Below, piece after piece: positions 1 through 9,979 of a stretch of DNA of 64,000 nucleotides (its first letter is position 1; the number at the start of each line of letters is the position of its first letter). Below the pieces are notes generated by a model. The model was not told the origin of the DNA and ran no database searches. It saw only the letters and a program-made list of their open reading frames with translations. The stretch covers positions 393-64,392 of the forward strand of contig DATJJU010000001.1 of assembly GCA_035491955.1 (NCBI GenBank), in the 5' to 3' direction. The translations under genes were made by a program, and so were the position numbers. This DNA comes from Minisyncoccota bacterium (lineage in GTDB: Bacteria > Patescibacteriota > Minisyncoccia > Phycocordibacterales > UBA9973).

Positions 1-1496
1 TGATTCTGACCGCCAGAAAGTTTAACGGAATCTTTGAAGATACGATCAACTTTTTGATTGATGGTCTTAGGCAATTTTTCAACATAGTCCTTAAGGCCCA
101 CTCGTTCAAGTATCTGCCACATCTGGAAGTCGCTGCATTTATATCCGGGACGTGTTGCCAATATTGCTCCTCTGATAGTAGTCTTCAAAGTAGCAAAGTC
201 TTGAAACAACGCTCCGGTAATTGCCAGCAAACTTTCACACTGTATCAACCGTAGATCAATACCGTTTACGCGAATACTTCCTTCAGTGGGATCATAGAAT
301 CGTAATAGCAATAATGCGATAGTCGTCTTCCCTTCGCCGTTTTTTGCGATCAGTCCTACCGATTCACCTGCCTCAATACTGAAGCTTACTCCTTTTAATA
401 CATACTGCTCTGATCCCGGATATTTAAAATATACGTTATCAAATTCAATACGAGGAGTTTTAGTATCATCGATCTCAATAGCATCAACTGCATTTTGAAT
501 AGCAGGTACAGTATCCAGTATAAGGAAGAAGTCATCGGCTTTTTTTGTGCCAATCTGAAGATCTATCAGCGCGGTAGTAGCCTGATCAAGCCTTTGATAC
601 ATTGCAGCAGTACAAGAAAACACTATAAACATCGATCCAATAAGCAACTGATGGTGATAGACCTGTAGCGCTATTAAGAGGAACAAGCCTCCAGATATGG
701 AATAGAACCACATGTCTCCCCAGTAGCTGATAGAAGCAAAATGTTCATCAGCGCTGTACAGGAATGAATTCAATCGCGCGCGCAAACTATCAAACAAGTC
801 GAGATAATGATCTCGTGACCCATTAAGAATGGCTTCTTTTGTTGAAACATAGTTCGACAACGTGTTTTTGTATCGATTGACTTCATTCAGTCTTTTTTGC
901 TGTTTGTAATTTCTGGTTTTCCTTTTCCAGGTGAAATACATTCTTGGAACAACTGTTGCCACTATGATGAAAAAGTACCACCATCGAATAGTTGCAAGTG
1001 TTATGCCAGAAATAATGACGGTAATGATTGCCAGAGCAAGCCTTTGCTGAATATAAAAAATATCTATTGCAGCATTTTGATTTCTACTGGCGTCATCCAA
1101 TGCATCCTGTAGCTTGTGATTTTCTCTATCCTGCAAACCAAATTTCGCATATGATTTCCAGTACAGTCTTTCAATTTCCTCGCCAGATATTCTCCGAAAA
1201 CGCAAATCAAATTTTTGTATACGATATGACAACGTTCGCGGAACAATATTTGCCGCAATATTGAACAAGACAGCAATGACGAGCGGGACAGATGCAAATA
1301 TAGTTGCTTGTCCAGCCAGCTTATTAGTAATCTGGCTAAATGACCAAGAACTTAAAAGCCATCCCTGATTTAAGAAGCACGATACAATGAAGGAAAGGAT
1401 GAAGATTCTTCTATATCTTTTATTAGCCAATAAAAGACTGTTTGCCCGTTGAATAACTCTCCAACTGGACAACGCTTTCTGTCTTAATTTTCTCAT
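1..1496 (-). CDS. ABC transporter permease/ATP-binding protein (MsbA/MdlB-type exporter); C-terminus runs off the window start
   Basis: Reverse-complement translation from ATG near 1496 gives a hydrophobic N-terminal region, then a degenerate Walker A (GEGKTT) and the LSGGQ signature next to coordinate 1. No stop codon inside the window; the ORF track missed it because it is truncated. Confidence 0.8.
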   Translation of the reverse strand, partial: MRKLRQKALSSWRVIQRANSLLLANKRYRRIFILSFIVSCFLNQGWLLSSWSFSQITNKLAGQATIFASVPLVIAVLFNIAANIVPRTLSYRIQKFDLRFRRISGEEIERLYWKSYAKFGLQDRENHKLQDALDDASRNQNAAIDIFYIQQRLALAIITVIISGITLATIRWWYFFIIVATVVPRMYFTWKRKTRNYKQQKRLNEVNRYKNTLSNYVSTKEAILNGSRDHYLDLFDSLRARLNSFLYSADEHFASISYWGDMWFYSISGGLFLLIALQVYHHQLLIGSMFIVFSCTAAMYQRLDQATTALIDLQIGTKKADDFFLILDTVPAIQNAVDAIEIDDTKTPRIEFDNVYFKYPGSEQYVLKGVSFSIEAGESVGLIAKNGEGKTTIALLLLRFYDPTEGSIRVNGIDLRLIQCESLLAITGALFQDFATLKTTIRGAILATRPGYKCSDFQMWQILERVGLKDYVEKLPKTINQKVDRIFKDSVKLSGGQN

Positions 1497-1608
1497 TTAT
1501 ATAGGATTTTTAAAGGTGAGTGATTTTCATCATTATAACATATATTTATATAAAAATCAATACCTCCTGTGCACTGCTTAGCAGCGCACAATGTAGTACA
1601 CTTACGTC

Positions 1609-1917
1609 ATGGAAATACCTGAAAATGGATTTTACTACCACTACAAACATGATGATGCGAAGGACTTCAATAACTACTCCTACGAAGTGACTGGCATAGG
1701 CCTTCACAGTGAAAATAAAGATGTATTTGTCATCTATCGCCCGCTCTATGAAATAGAAGATCTCGCGCAACCGATCTCCTTCGTCCGCCCTATCGAACTT
1801 TTTACCGACGAAGTGAAATACCACGACACGATTGTCCCCCACTTCACCAAAATCACCGATCCAGAATTGATTGCAAAATTAGAGGAAATTAAGAAAGAGA
1901 TGTATCTGCTATCTTAA
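1609..1917 (+). CDS. small DUF1653-like protein
   Basis: 102-aa ORF with a YHYKHDD...YEV...HSE...VIYRPLY...VRP pattern typical of DUF1653. Confidence 0.5.
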   Translation: MEIPENGFYYHYKHDDAKDFNNYSYEVTGIGLHSENKDVFVIYRPLYEIEDLAQPISFVRPIELFTDEVKYHDTIVPHFTKITDPELIAKLEEIKKEMYLLS

Positions 1918-2787
1918 TAACACCGTACTATAGCCATTTGCATTCTTTGTTTTAAAAGATTCATCGCGGCAAAGTTCATAGCAATACACTGGCATATATT
2001 CAATATCTTTAAATTGTTTCTTAAATAAATTAATAGCGCCCGCTATAGAGATCTTTTCGTATCCAAGCTTCTGAGCTATCTTCAATCTTTCTACAAATAC
2101 TTCTAGACCGAGCTGAGTGTAGCCCCGCAAGCACTTATTAAAGGCGCCGAGGCAAACATTGCCGTGCAGTGGCACTAATATTGTATACGCCACAAGTACC
2201 TCTCCGTCATAAAAACATTTTCCATAAAAATCCTTGTCGGTATAAAGTTCAAAAAATCGCTCGTCGTGATCCGTATGGCGGATAAATGTTTCGCTTCTTT
2301 CTGATTTTTGTGTAGACCATGTTTCCCAGAATGCCTTTAAATTTTTCTTGTCTTCTTCTGAAAAATCTTTTACTACAAGGGCAGTGTTATTTTTCAAGGC
2401 AGAATTATATTTTCTTCTAATACTGCCATCATTGAATTCCAAAGTTTTCTCAATAAATACAAACGCATCTTCTTCAATATTTTGATTTTCTTTTTCTGGG
2501 TTAATGACCAACTCGTTGTAAGCAATATAAGGCGGATTAAATTCTTTTTTCAAAAATTCAACGACTTCATCAGGAAATTCTTTAAAGAGAAATCGTAACT
2601 CTTTAGTTCCCTCTTTTTGAATGAAGATATATTTTTCACTCTTATCTTGGACCCCATAGACACAGAATCCTGGCTTATTCAGAAAGGTATTCAACATAAT
2701 AGGTGAAGCAAAAAACGTATTAGCCAAAGAAACTCCGTTTAAATAATCGGAGATTTTTTGATGATTATCCAAATGCAGGAGTTCCAT
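1909..2787 (-). CDS. hypothetical protein, possibly a GNAT-fold aminoacyl-tRNA-dependent transferase (FemAB/DUF2156-like), co-operonic with trpS
   Basis: 292-aa ORF lying 1 nt downstream of trpS on the same strand. The C-terminal half has a weak acyltransferase flavour; no firm family assignment. Confidence 0.3.
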   Translation of the reverse strand: MELLHLDNHQKISDYLNGVSLANTFFASPIMLNTFLNKPGFCVYGVQDKSEKYIFIQKEGTKELRFLFKEFPDEVVEFLKKEFNPPYIAYNELVINPEKENQNIEEDAFVFIEKTLEFNDGSIRRKYNSALKNNTALVVKDFSEEDKKNLKAFWETWSTQKSERSETFIRHTDHDERFFELYTDKDFYGKCFYDGEVLVAYTILVPLHGNVCLGAFNKCLRGYTQLGLEVFVERLKIAQKLGYEKISIAGAINLFKKQFKDIEYMPVYCYELCRDESFKTKNANGYSTVLLR

Positions 2788-2788
2788 A

Positions 2789-3775
2789 TTACTCGGTTAG
2801 CCCTAACGCCTCGTACACATCAAACATTTTTTTCATAGCAATGTCGTTGGCTTTGAGCGCACCGTTGACCAGGATTTCTTGGACAAGCTTAGGATTTTTT
2901 TCGAAGTGAGCACGGCGTTCGCGCATAGGAGTGACGAAGGTGATGATGTCGTCGATTAATTTCTTTTTTGCATCGCCGTAGCCGAGACCCTTAGCGTACT
3001 GTGCTTTTAGCTCTGGCGAAGGATTGAAGAATTTATGAATCTGATAAATGATAAGCTCGTCAGGATTCTTCTCTTCTTCTGGTCCGCGAGAGTCTGTCGT
3101 AATACTCATGACTGCTTTTTTGATTTCTTCGTCAGTAGCGAAAAGCGGGATAGTGTTGTTATAGCTCTTAGACATTTTCTGTCCGTCAGTACCAGGAATA
3201 ACTTCTACTGCTTCGAGGATCATTTCGTTTGGCATTTTAAAGTGTTCGCCATATTGATTGTTGAACTTCCCTGCTATGTCGCGTGCGTATTCGACGTGCT
3301 GCTTCTGATCTTTCCCTACCGGTACGACATCGGTATCGTAGATAAGAATATCTGCAGCCATCAATACTGGATAATCAAACGTACCGACATTTACATCGCT
3401 TTTCTTCGCCTCTGCATCCTTGAAGGCATGTGCGCGCATAAGATACGAAACTGATACAAAATTATTGAAGACCCACGCAATATTGGCATGTGCAGGCACA
3501 TCTGACTGTTTGAATAATGTTACTTTCGCTGGATCAAGTCCGGCACCCAAATAATCCAAAACCAGATTGTGTGTGTCTTCTATCATTGAATCTTTTGAAG
3601 GCAAGCCAGTCAATGCATGCAGGTTGGCCACAAAAACAAATGTATCGTGAGAGTCCTGCAAATCAACAAATTGCTTCAATGCTCCGAAATAGTTGCCAAT
3701 ATGAATTCTGCCTGTTGGCTTTATTCCAGAGAGCAGACGAGGTTTTGGGGATTTCATGTGGATATAATACAACAA
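2789..3775 (-). CDS. trpS: tryptophan--tRNA ligase
   Basis: Class I aaRS motifs are present: a HIGN-type motif (TGRIHIGNYFGA) and KMSKS. 328 aa. Confidence 0.92.
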   Translation of the reverse strand: MLYYIHMKSPKPRLLSGIKPTGRIHIGNYFGALKQFVDLQDSHDTFVFVANLHALTGLPSKDSMIEDTHNLVLDYLGAGLDPAKVTLFKQSDVPAHANIAWVFNNFVSVSYLMRAHAFKDAEAKKSDVNVGTFDYPVLMAADILIYDTDVVPVGKDQKQHVEYARDIAGKFNNQYGEHFKMPNEMILEAVEVIPGTDGQKMSKSYNNTIPLFATDEEIKKAVMSITTDSRGPEEEKNPDELIIYQIHKFFNPSPELKAQYAKGLGYGDAKKKLIDDIITFVTPMRERRAHFEKNPKLVQEILVNGALKANDIAMKKMFDVYEALGLTE

Positions 3776-3838
3776 AATAAGGCTCTGTGGAAAGGCGTCC
3801 TATTTTTTATCAAGAAAAAATTAGTATACAATAACGGT

Positions 3839-5224
3839 ATGGTAAAGCAGTCAGGACCAGGTAATAACTTGCGCATTCCTCCTCACGATTTGGAGGCTGA
3901 ACAAGCCGTCCTAGGTGCGCTGATGCTTCGTCCTTCTGCTATTCACGATATCATCGATCTTATCGTGCCTGAGATGTTCTATGCTCGCAAGCACAGCATT
4001 CTCTTCAAGACTATCTTGGAGCTTTCTAATAAAAATGAGCCGATTGATGTTCTCTCTGTCGCTTCTCGTCTCAAAGAAAAGAAACACCTCGATGAAATCG
4101 GTGGTAACGCTTACTTGAACGAATTGATGGGCAATGTCCCTTCTACTGTGAACATCCGTCACTACGCTGATATCGTATACAAGAAATATGTTTTGCGTTC
4201 TCTTATCGATGCATCAGAAAATATTTCTACCGTTGCCTATGATCAAAATGACATGGATGTAGCAGACATCATGGATACGGCAGAAAAAGCGATCTTTCGT
4301 ATTTCATCAGGCATGAATGTGAAGAATGCCTTCGTTTCTATCAAAAGCTCTTTGATGGCGACAATGGAAGAGACTATTAAGCTTCATGAGAACAAGGAAG
4401 AAATTCGCGGCGTACCGACTGGTTATGCCGATCTCGACAGTCTCACAGCAGGTTTGCAAAAGTCAGACCTTATTATTCTGGCAGCTCGTCCTAGTATGGG
4501 TAAGACAACCTTCGCTCTTGATATGGCCCGCAATGTAGCGCTCGCCGGCATTCCTGTTGGCATCTTCTCTTTGGAAATGAGCGCGCAACAGCTGGTACAG
4601 CGCATGCTCTCTGCTGAGAGTCGCGTGGATGCGTGGAGTATTCGCACAGGTCATGGCCTGACAGCGCAGCACTTCACTGCCCTTCAAGAAGCAGCCAGCC
4701 GTTTGCAAAAGGCTCCTATCTATATTGATGACCAAGCCGGCAACTCAATCGTTAAAATGCGCTCTGTAGCGCGCCGCTTGAAGAGCGAGCACGGCCTTGG
4801 ACTTATTGTAGTGGACTACTTGCAGCTTATGACTACTAGTAAAAACTATGACAGTATGGTCAATCAAGTGACTGAGATCTCTCGCTCATTGAAACAGCTC
4901 GCTCGTGAGCTTGATGTGCCAGTACTTGCATTGTCACAGCTTTCTCGTGCAGTGGAGTCACGCGGCGGACGCCCTCGCCTTTCAGACCTCCGCGACTCCG
5001 GCTCTATTGAACAAGATGCCGACATGGTCATGTTCATTCACCGTGAAGATCGCTACAAGGAGCAGCACGAAAAGGACAATATCACTGAGATATTGATTGA
5101 GAAGCACCGTAACGGTCCAGTAGGCATGGTTCAGCTTCTGTTTGACGGCAAGACTACTTCATTCTTGAACATGGACAAAGCGCACATGCCTGCCCCAAAA
5201 GCAACCTCACTAGAAGATTTCTAA
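3839..5224 (+). CDS. dnaB: replicative DNA helicase DnaB
   Basis: DnaB N-terminal domain (LPPHDLEAEQAVLGALM), a RecA-like core with Walker A (RPSMGKTTFALD), and motifs H2-H4. The start is moved to the in-frame ATG at 3839, because the track ORF start at 3617 overlaps trpS. Confidence 0.92.
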   Translation: MVKQSGPGNNLRIPPHDLEAEQAVLGALMLRPSAIHDIIDLIVPEMFYARKHSILFKTILELSNKNEPIDVLSVASRLKEKKHLDEIGGNAYLNELMGNVPSTVNIRHYADIVYKKYVLRSLIDASENISTVAYDQNDMDVADIMDTAEKAIFRISSGMNVKNAFVSIKSSLMATMEETIKLHENKEEIRGVPTGYADLDSLTAGLQKSDLIILAARPSMGKTTFALDMARNVALAGIPVGIFSLEMSAQQLVQRMLSAESRVDAWSIRTGHGLTAQHFTALQEAASRLQKAPIYIDDQAGNSIVKMRSVARRLKSEHGLGLIVVDYLQLMTTSKNYDSMVNQVTEISRSLKQLARELDVPVLALSQLSRAVESRGGRPRLSDLRDSGSIEQDADMVMFIHREDRYKEQHEKDNITEILIEKHRNGPVGMVQLLFDGKTTSFLNMDKAHMPAPKATSLEDF

Positions 5225-5225
5225 T

Positions 5226-5834
5226 ATGAATAATGACTCTGTTGATCGGCTCGCGAAGCTATTTCTAAAATTCCCCGGCATTGGCGAGCGTCAAGCTCGT
5301 CGTTTTGCATACTTTATTCTTACGCAGCAAGAAGGCTACGTTGATTCTCTTTCTCGCGCACTGGTATCGGCCCGCAAAAATGCCAACCACTGCAGCAAGT
5401 GTTTGCGTATCTTCGAAGGCAATCCGGGGCTCTGCCAAATATGCAGCGACGAGAGCCGTGATCAAAGCAGTATTATCGTTGTAGAAAAAAGCCAAGATAT
5501 TGAGAGCTTTGCTCGCACTGACTATCACGGACTTTTCTTCGTTCTTGGCGGACTTATTCCTATTGTACAAAAAGATATTATCCAAGGTACTAATGCACAG
5601 AAACTTATTGATCGCATCCAACACGACAGTGCCCAAGGCATATTAAAAGAAACCATCTTGGCATTTCCTATTACACCAAATGGTGAGCATACCGACGGTG
5701 CAGTTCGCGAACTACTCTCTCCTATTGCTGTAAATTTAAAAATCACCTCTCTTGGCCGCGGACTTTCTACCGGCGCAGAGCTGGAGTATGCAGACCCTGC
5801 TTCTTTGGAAGCCTCCCTTAAGAAGCGTGAATAG
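5226..5834 (+). CDS. recR: recombination protein RecR
   Basis: HhH motif (LPGIGERQARR), a C4 zinc finger (CSKC...CQIC) and a Toprim domain. 202 aa. Confidence 0.9.
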   Translation: MNNDSVDRLAKLFLKFPGIGERQARRFAYFILTQQEGYVDSLSRALVSARKNANHCSKCLRIFEGNPGLCQICSDESRDQSSIIVVEKSQDIESFARTDYHGLFFVLGGLIPIVQKDIIQGTNAQKLIDRIQHDSAQGILKETILAFPITPNGEHTDGAVRELLSPIAVNLKITSLGRGLSTGAELEYADPASLEASLKKRE

Positions 5835-6438
5835 TACGGTAATGCGTATCAAGAGCACGATAGAGCCGCGCGAAGAGCATCATTACTAATGGGTATGCGA
5901 CGAGCAAGCCGACAAAGAGTGCGATAAGGCCAGCAATGAGAAGCACTACTGCCATAAGCAGAGTAAGCACAACCACCCAGAAGATATTTCCTTTTACCAT
6001 GTGCCAAGAATCCTCCAATGATTTTTTTACACTTCCCTGATGATCGAGATAGCTGAAACGAGCAAGGCTGAGGCGCACTGCAAAGTACAGCCCCGGAATA
6101 ATAAGCAACACTAAACCGACAATGATGATAAGCATTGAAATAATACTAATCGCAATGATCATGAGGAATTGTCGGAAATTCGGCATGTGTATAGAAAGAG
6201 ATTTGAAGGTAAGCAGGTCTTCTTTGCCATCCGCGCTTGCTAATGCCACGCTCATCCAAACATATCCCCAGATTACTTGAGCAATGATGACAATGATAGA
6301 AAGCCAGGCACGATGATGACTATTGAAAGATCCGAGAATCATCACAACGAGTGCCATAATAGCGAAAAACCATGGGTGTTGCCAAAAATCGTGCCATGAT
6401 TCGCGCACTGCGTTCTTGATAGAAAAATGAAATTTCAT
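5818..6438 (-). CDS. hypothetical polytopic membrane protein
   Basis: 206 aa with 5-6 predicted transmembrane helices. Overlaps the recR 3' end convergently. Confidence 0.5.
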   Translation of the reverse strand: MKFHFSIKNAVRESWHDFWQHPWFFAIMALVVMILGSFNSHHRAWLSIIVIIAQVIWGYVWMSVALASADGKEDLLTFKSLSIHMPNFRQFLMIIAISIISMLIIIVGLVLLIIPGLYFAVRLSLARFSYLDHQGSVKKSLEDSWHMVKGNIFWVVVLTLLMAVVLLIAGLIALFVGLLVAYPLVMMLFARLYRALDTHYRTIHAS

Positions 6439-6448
6439 AAATAGATGA

Positions 6449-8191
6449 TTAGCGATCCGGTGGGATACTGTAATAATTCTCTAGGAATTGTATCATATTG
6501 AAGAATGGATCACCCAATGTCTGGATGGAGTAGAGGATATTTTTTGGGTAATAGTTATAGAAATAGAGCATGAAGCGCGGATTGGTTGCTGGGAAAAAGC
6601 CAATCATGGAGTGCAGATTTCGATCGTTGTAGTAGCCCGCGCCGCCCGGCATAGCAATCTGGGCAGTACCAGTCTTGGCTGCTACCGTATAGTGCGCCTG
6701 ACCTCGATGATAGCCATCGTCCACTACGTGTGTAAGCATGGTAGTCATAGTCGCAAGCGTTTGCGGGCTTAGCAGCGGCTCAGGAGATTTTGGATAGGTC
6801 AACGTCTTCACTGTACCGTCTTCCTGATCAATGGCCGTAGCAAGATGCGGCGTGACAAGATAGCCTCCGTTAGCAAGCAGTGACCAGCTGCGCACAATAC
6901 TGATCGGCGTGGTGGCAATGCCTTGACCAAAGGCAGCGGTAGCGAAGTTTACATTATTGTTCCCTTTCAAGCTGCTCATCAAGCCGCTGACTTCGCCTGG
7001 CAAATCAATACCGGTCTTTTGTCCCAATTCATATTTATCTATGTACTGTTTGAACAATGCATTGCCCATATGTTGCTCAACGTAGATCATACCCGTATTC
7101 AATGAGTCATTGAGCACTGTTTGCATCGTAGTACCAGGACCTCGTCCTACTTTATCGAAGTTTGAAATCTTAGCATTGTTCACCACTACAAACCCTTGGT
7201 CATTATATGTTGTTTGCGGAGTAACGACATGGTTTTCAATAGCTGCTCCCATGATAAGCGGCTTGATGATTGATCCCATCTCGAAATCGCTTTGAACAAG
7301 AGGGTTGGAATAAATGCCGACATCACTCTGTCCAGAGTAATTATTGAGATCGAATGACGGTACTTGCGCCATAGCAATGATCTCACCGGTATACGGATCC
7401 ATAACGATAGCTCCCACAGACTGACTGGACCATTTTTGCTGAATGCCCGCCACTGTCTGCTCCAGCTGAGCCTGGACCGTTGGCTCAATCGATGTCACGA
7501 CATCACCAGTCGACGTATTGTTTTTGAAAATTGATGATTGGATATTGGCAAAAATCTCTGCAAAGAAGTTTACATAGAACTGACTGTTGCTTCGGGACAA
7601 CACATCGTTGTAGTACTGCTCAAGGCCGTAATTGCCCACAAGATTGTTTCCTTTGAACGATACGAAGCCGATGGCTTTGGCAGCAAGCGAGCCGCCCGGA
7701 TAGTAGCGCCACTTATCGGCATAGAGTGTTAGCCCAGGAATTTTATCAGCAGACAGTGCTGCTCCTTGATCAGGGCTGAGGTGTTGTGCCACTTCTTCGT
7801 AGGGATCTTGTTTTTTAGCGACACTGGCAAGAAATGAAGCCTGGTCGACGGGAATTATTGCATTGATTTCATCAAAGGCTTTTTGAGGATCCACTACTTC
7901 GCTTGGACGGACAGCAGCCTTGAAGCCGTCCTGAACAGTAGCAGCCGCAACAGTAGTACCATCTTTGCTGGTGAAATAAATAGTGCCTCTATCAAAAATA
8001 TTAGTAGAAGGCGTAACGTATTGACGTTCTGCACGCTGACGATAGTCACCGACATGAATGATCTGTAAATAAAAAAGTCGAACAACAATCAAAGCGCCGA
8101 GAAAAGTCACGGCGGCCATGATGATCCGTATTCTCTGACGATGGATGTTACTGTCCGACATTCCAGGCAAGAGCAGGCTTTGCAGTAGCAA
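6449..8191 (-). CDS. ftsI: class B penicillin-binding protein, peptidoglycan D,D-transpeptidase (FtsI-like, dcw-cluster copy)
   Basis: N-terminal transmembrane helix and the transpeptidase motifs SIIK (SxxK), SLN (SxN) and KTGT. It sits downstream of mraZ-rsmH-ftsL. Confidence 0.85.
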   Translation of the reverse strand: MLLQSLLLPGMSDSNIHRQRIRIIMAAVTFLGALIVVRLFYLQIIHVGDYRQRAERQYVTPSTNIFDRGTIYFTSKDGTTVAAATVQDGFKAAVRPSEVVDPQKAFDEINAIIPVDQASFLASVAKKQDPYEEVAQHLSPDQGAALSADKIPGLTLYADKWRYYPGGSLAAKAIGFVSFKGNNLVGNYGLEQYYNDVLSRSNSQFYVNFFAEIFANIQSSIFKNNTSTGDVVTSIEPTVQAQLEQTVAGIQQKWSSQSVGAIVMDPYTGEIIAMAQVPSFDLNNYSGQSDVGIYSNPLVQSDFEMGSIIKPLIMGAAIENHVVTPQTTYNDQGFVVVNNAKISNFDKVGRGPGTTMQTVLNDSLNTGMIYVEQHMGNALFKQYIDKYELGQKTGIDLPGEVSGLMSSLKGNNNVNFATAAFGQGIATTPISIVRSWSLLANGGYLVTPHLATAIDQEDGTVKTLTYPKSPEPLLSPQTLATMTTMLTHVVDDGYHRGQAHYTVAAKTGTAQIAMPGGAGYYNDRNLHSMIGFFPATNPRFMLYFYNYYPKNILYSIQTLGDPFFNMIQFLENYYSIPPDR

Positions 8192-8489
8192 ATGCTACGG
8201 CAGTACCCTTTACCAGGCCAATACTATTGGCATAGTCCTGAGTAAGGTTTTGCTGGGATTGAAGATAGATGCGTTCTTGGGTACTCATAGTAGAAGCCAG
8301 TGCTCTATTCGCTCGTTCAAGTGCCTGCTGATTAATAACTGAAAATGTGATTGCTCCGACGAAATAACTATAACACAAAAAGAGTGCTCCCGTGCTGATC
8401 CACGCATAGCGAGTAACCAGACGAAGTGTCGTATTGATGTCGTTTGACATTGCTACTGATTCAAATTTATTTCGGAGGGCGGTGATCAT
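8148..8489 (-). CDS. ftsL: FtsL-like cell division protein (small bitopic membrane protein with a coiled coil)
   Basis: 113 aa, with one transmembrane helix followed by a coiled-coil segment. It lies between rsmH and ftsI, which is the canonical dcw order. Confidence 0.5.
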   Translation of the reverse strand: MITALRNKFESVAMSNDINTTLRLVTRYAWISTGALFLCYSYFVGAITFSVINQQALERANRALASTMSTQERIYLQSQQNLTQDYANSIGLVKGTAVAFATAKPALAWNVGQ

Positions 8490-8494
8490 ACTAC

Positions 8495-9376
8495 TTATAG
8501 TTTTTCGATGGTACGGAGCTTGGCGCTTCTTGATCGAGGGTTAGTTGATAATTCTTCTTGCGATGGAGGAGTTGGTTTTTTAGTGATAACGCGTCCTTGG
8601 GATTGGTTTTTCATCCATTGTTTAACGATTCTGTCTTCGAGGCTGTGAAAAGTAATGATGCTGATGCGGCCATGCGTGTTGAGAACATTCCACCAGGCGT
8701 TCAGAGATTCTTCCAAAGTACCGAGCTCATCATTGACCGCAATGCGCAAGGCTTGGAAAGTCTTCGTGGCAGGGTGAATGCGGCCTCGGCGCGGTATAGC
8801 AGTACTAATAATGTCTGCAAGCTGCGCTGAGGTAGCGATGGGACCATGTGCCCGAGCTTCGATAATAGCCTTGGCGATTTTGCGAGACTTCGGCTCTTCG
8901 CCGTATCCGTAAATAACATTGGCGATGGATTCTTCTTGCCAGCTATTGACGATGTCATAGGCATTGAAGCCAGTGTGCGAACCTTGCTCAGAGAATGTCA
9001 TTGCCAAAGGAGTATCGCTTTGGAATGAGAAGCCTCGAGTATCGTCTAAGAGTTGGAAAGTGCTCGTGCCAAGATCAAGCAATACTTTGTCTACACCGTT
9101 CACATTGGCTGCACTGATGATGGTAGTAGCGTCTTTGAAGTTGGAATGGACAAAGATTGCATGGTTCTTGCCTTTGAAGAGGTCCGCGAAGCGCTGTTGT
9201 GCTCCTTCATCCAAATCAACGCAGATAAGCGTGCCTTTTGGAATGAGATCGTACAGCACCGTGCTATGCCCTCCTCCTCCGAACGTACCGTCAACGATAA
9301 TATCGTTGGGTTGTACGGACAGAGAGTCGACAGATTCGTGTAAAAGAACGGAAATATGGCTGACTGCTGATTTCAT
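8495..9376 (-). CDS. rsmH: 16S rRNA (cytosine1402-N4)-methyltransferase RsmH/MraW
   Basis: SAM-binding motif GTFGGGGHS and the conserved C-terminal region. Second gene of the dcw cluster. Confidence 0.92.
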   Translation of the reverse strand: MKSAVSHISVLLHESVDSLSVQPNDIIVDGTFGGGGHSTVLYDLIPKGTLICVDLDEGAQQRFADLFKGKNHAIFVHSNFKDATTIISAANVNGVDKVLLDLGTSTFQLLDDTRGFSFQSDTPLAMTFSEQGSHTGFNAYDIVNSWQEESIANVIYGYGEEPKSRKIAKAIIEARAHGPIATSAQLADIISTAIPRRGRIHPATKTFQALRIAVNDELGTLEESLNAWWNVLNTHGRISIITFHSLEDRIVKQWMKNQSQGRVITKKPTPPSQEELSTNPRSRSAKLRTIEKL

Positions 9377-9377
9377 A

Positions 9378-9812
9378 TTAGAGTACGCCGATTGATCCCA
9401 AGCGTTCTGCTAATGTGTCAGCATTTGCCTCTACTTGGCGTTTGTATTTCTGCCAAGTAGGCTCGTCCCAAAGTTCAAGACGACTATACACGCCGATGAC
9501 TGCGACTTTCTCTTTAATACCTGCACGTTCCTTGAGGAAGTCAGGCAACAAGATGCGGCCATTGGCATCAACTGAGACTTCCGTTGCGCCACCCAAGAAG
9601 TATCGGCTGAAACTTCTGGTATCAGATTGAAGCATTGAACCTTCTGCAAGCTGCTCGGCTTTCTTTTTCCATTCAGCTGCAGTGAAGACAAACAATGACT
9701 TCTCTAATCCTGGCGCCACAACTACCGTCTTTCCCATTTCCTTGCGAAATTTGACTGGCAATGACAGTCGGTTTTTTTCATCTATATTGTGTGTATATTC
9801 GCCGATTAACAT
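9378..9812 (-). CDS. mraZ: transcriptional regulator MraZ
   Basis: Two MraZ repeats, each with DxxxR (DEKNRLSLP...; DANGRILLP). Start placed at the ATG whose reverse-complement sits at 9810-9812, because the track ORF uses an upstream GTG. Confidence 0.9.
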   Translation of the reverse strand: MLIGEYTHNIDEKNRLSLPVKFRKEMGKTVVVAPGLEKSLFVFTAAEWKKKAEQLAEGSMLQSDTRSFSRYFLGGATEVSVDANGRILLPDFLKERAGIKEKVAVIGVYSRLELWDEPTWQKYKRQVEANADTLAERLGSIGVL

Positions 9813-9821
9813 GTTTCTTAC

Positions 9822-9861
9822 ATTTACCACTTTCTCCCACTTAGTACCATTTTACCCCACT
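9822..9861 (-). promoter_or_regulatory. putative MraZ operator: four tandem 10-bp direct repeats (AGTGGGgtaa / AATGGTacta / AGTGGGagaa / AGTGGtaaat) overlapping the candidate -10 box and the 5'UTR of mraZ
   Basis: Seen directly in the reverse-complement of 9821-9870. The 10-bp periodicity of GTGG-type repeats matches known MraZ-box architecture. Confidence 0.6.
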
Positions 9862-9940
9862 TCATTCCCCTCCCGCAAACAAGTTGGTGTGGATAAACCG
9901 AAAAAACAGCAGTTGGAAACACTACTGAGAAAAGTCAAAA

Positions 9941-9969
9941 GGGCGCGCCACTACGTGGCGCGCCCTTTT
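9941..9969. terminator. bidirectional rho-independent terminator (GGGCGCGCCAC-tac-GTGGCGCGCCC) flanked by A and T runs, downstream of greA
   Basis: Perfect 11-bp GC-rich stem with a TTTTG tract on the plus strand and an AAAAGTCAAAA tract on the other side. Confidence 0.8.
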
Positions 9970-9979
9970 GTTATTGTTT

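Noticed and set aside
3617-3838. 5' extension of the dnaB ORF in the track (start 3617)
   Set aside because: It overlaps the trpS coding region on the opposite strand and adds non-DnaB-like sequence. The in-frame ATG at 3839 gives a canonical 461-aa DnaB.
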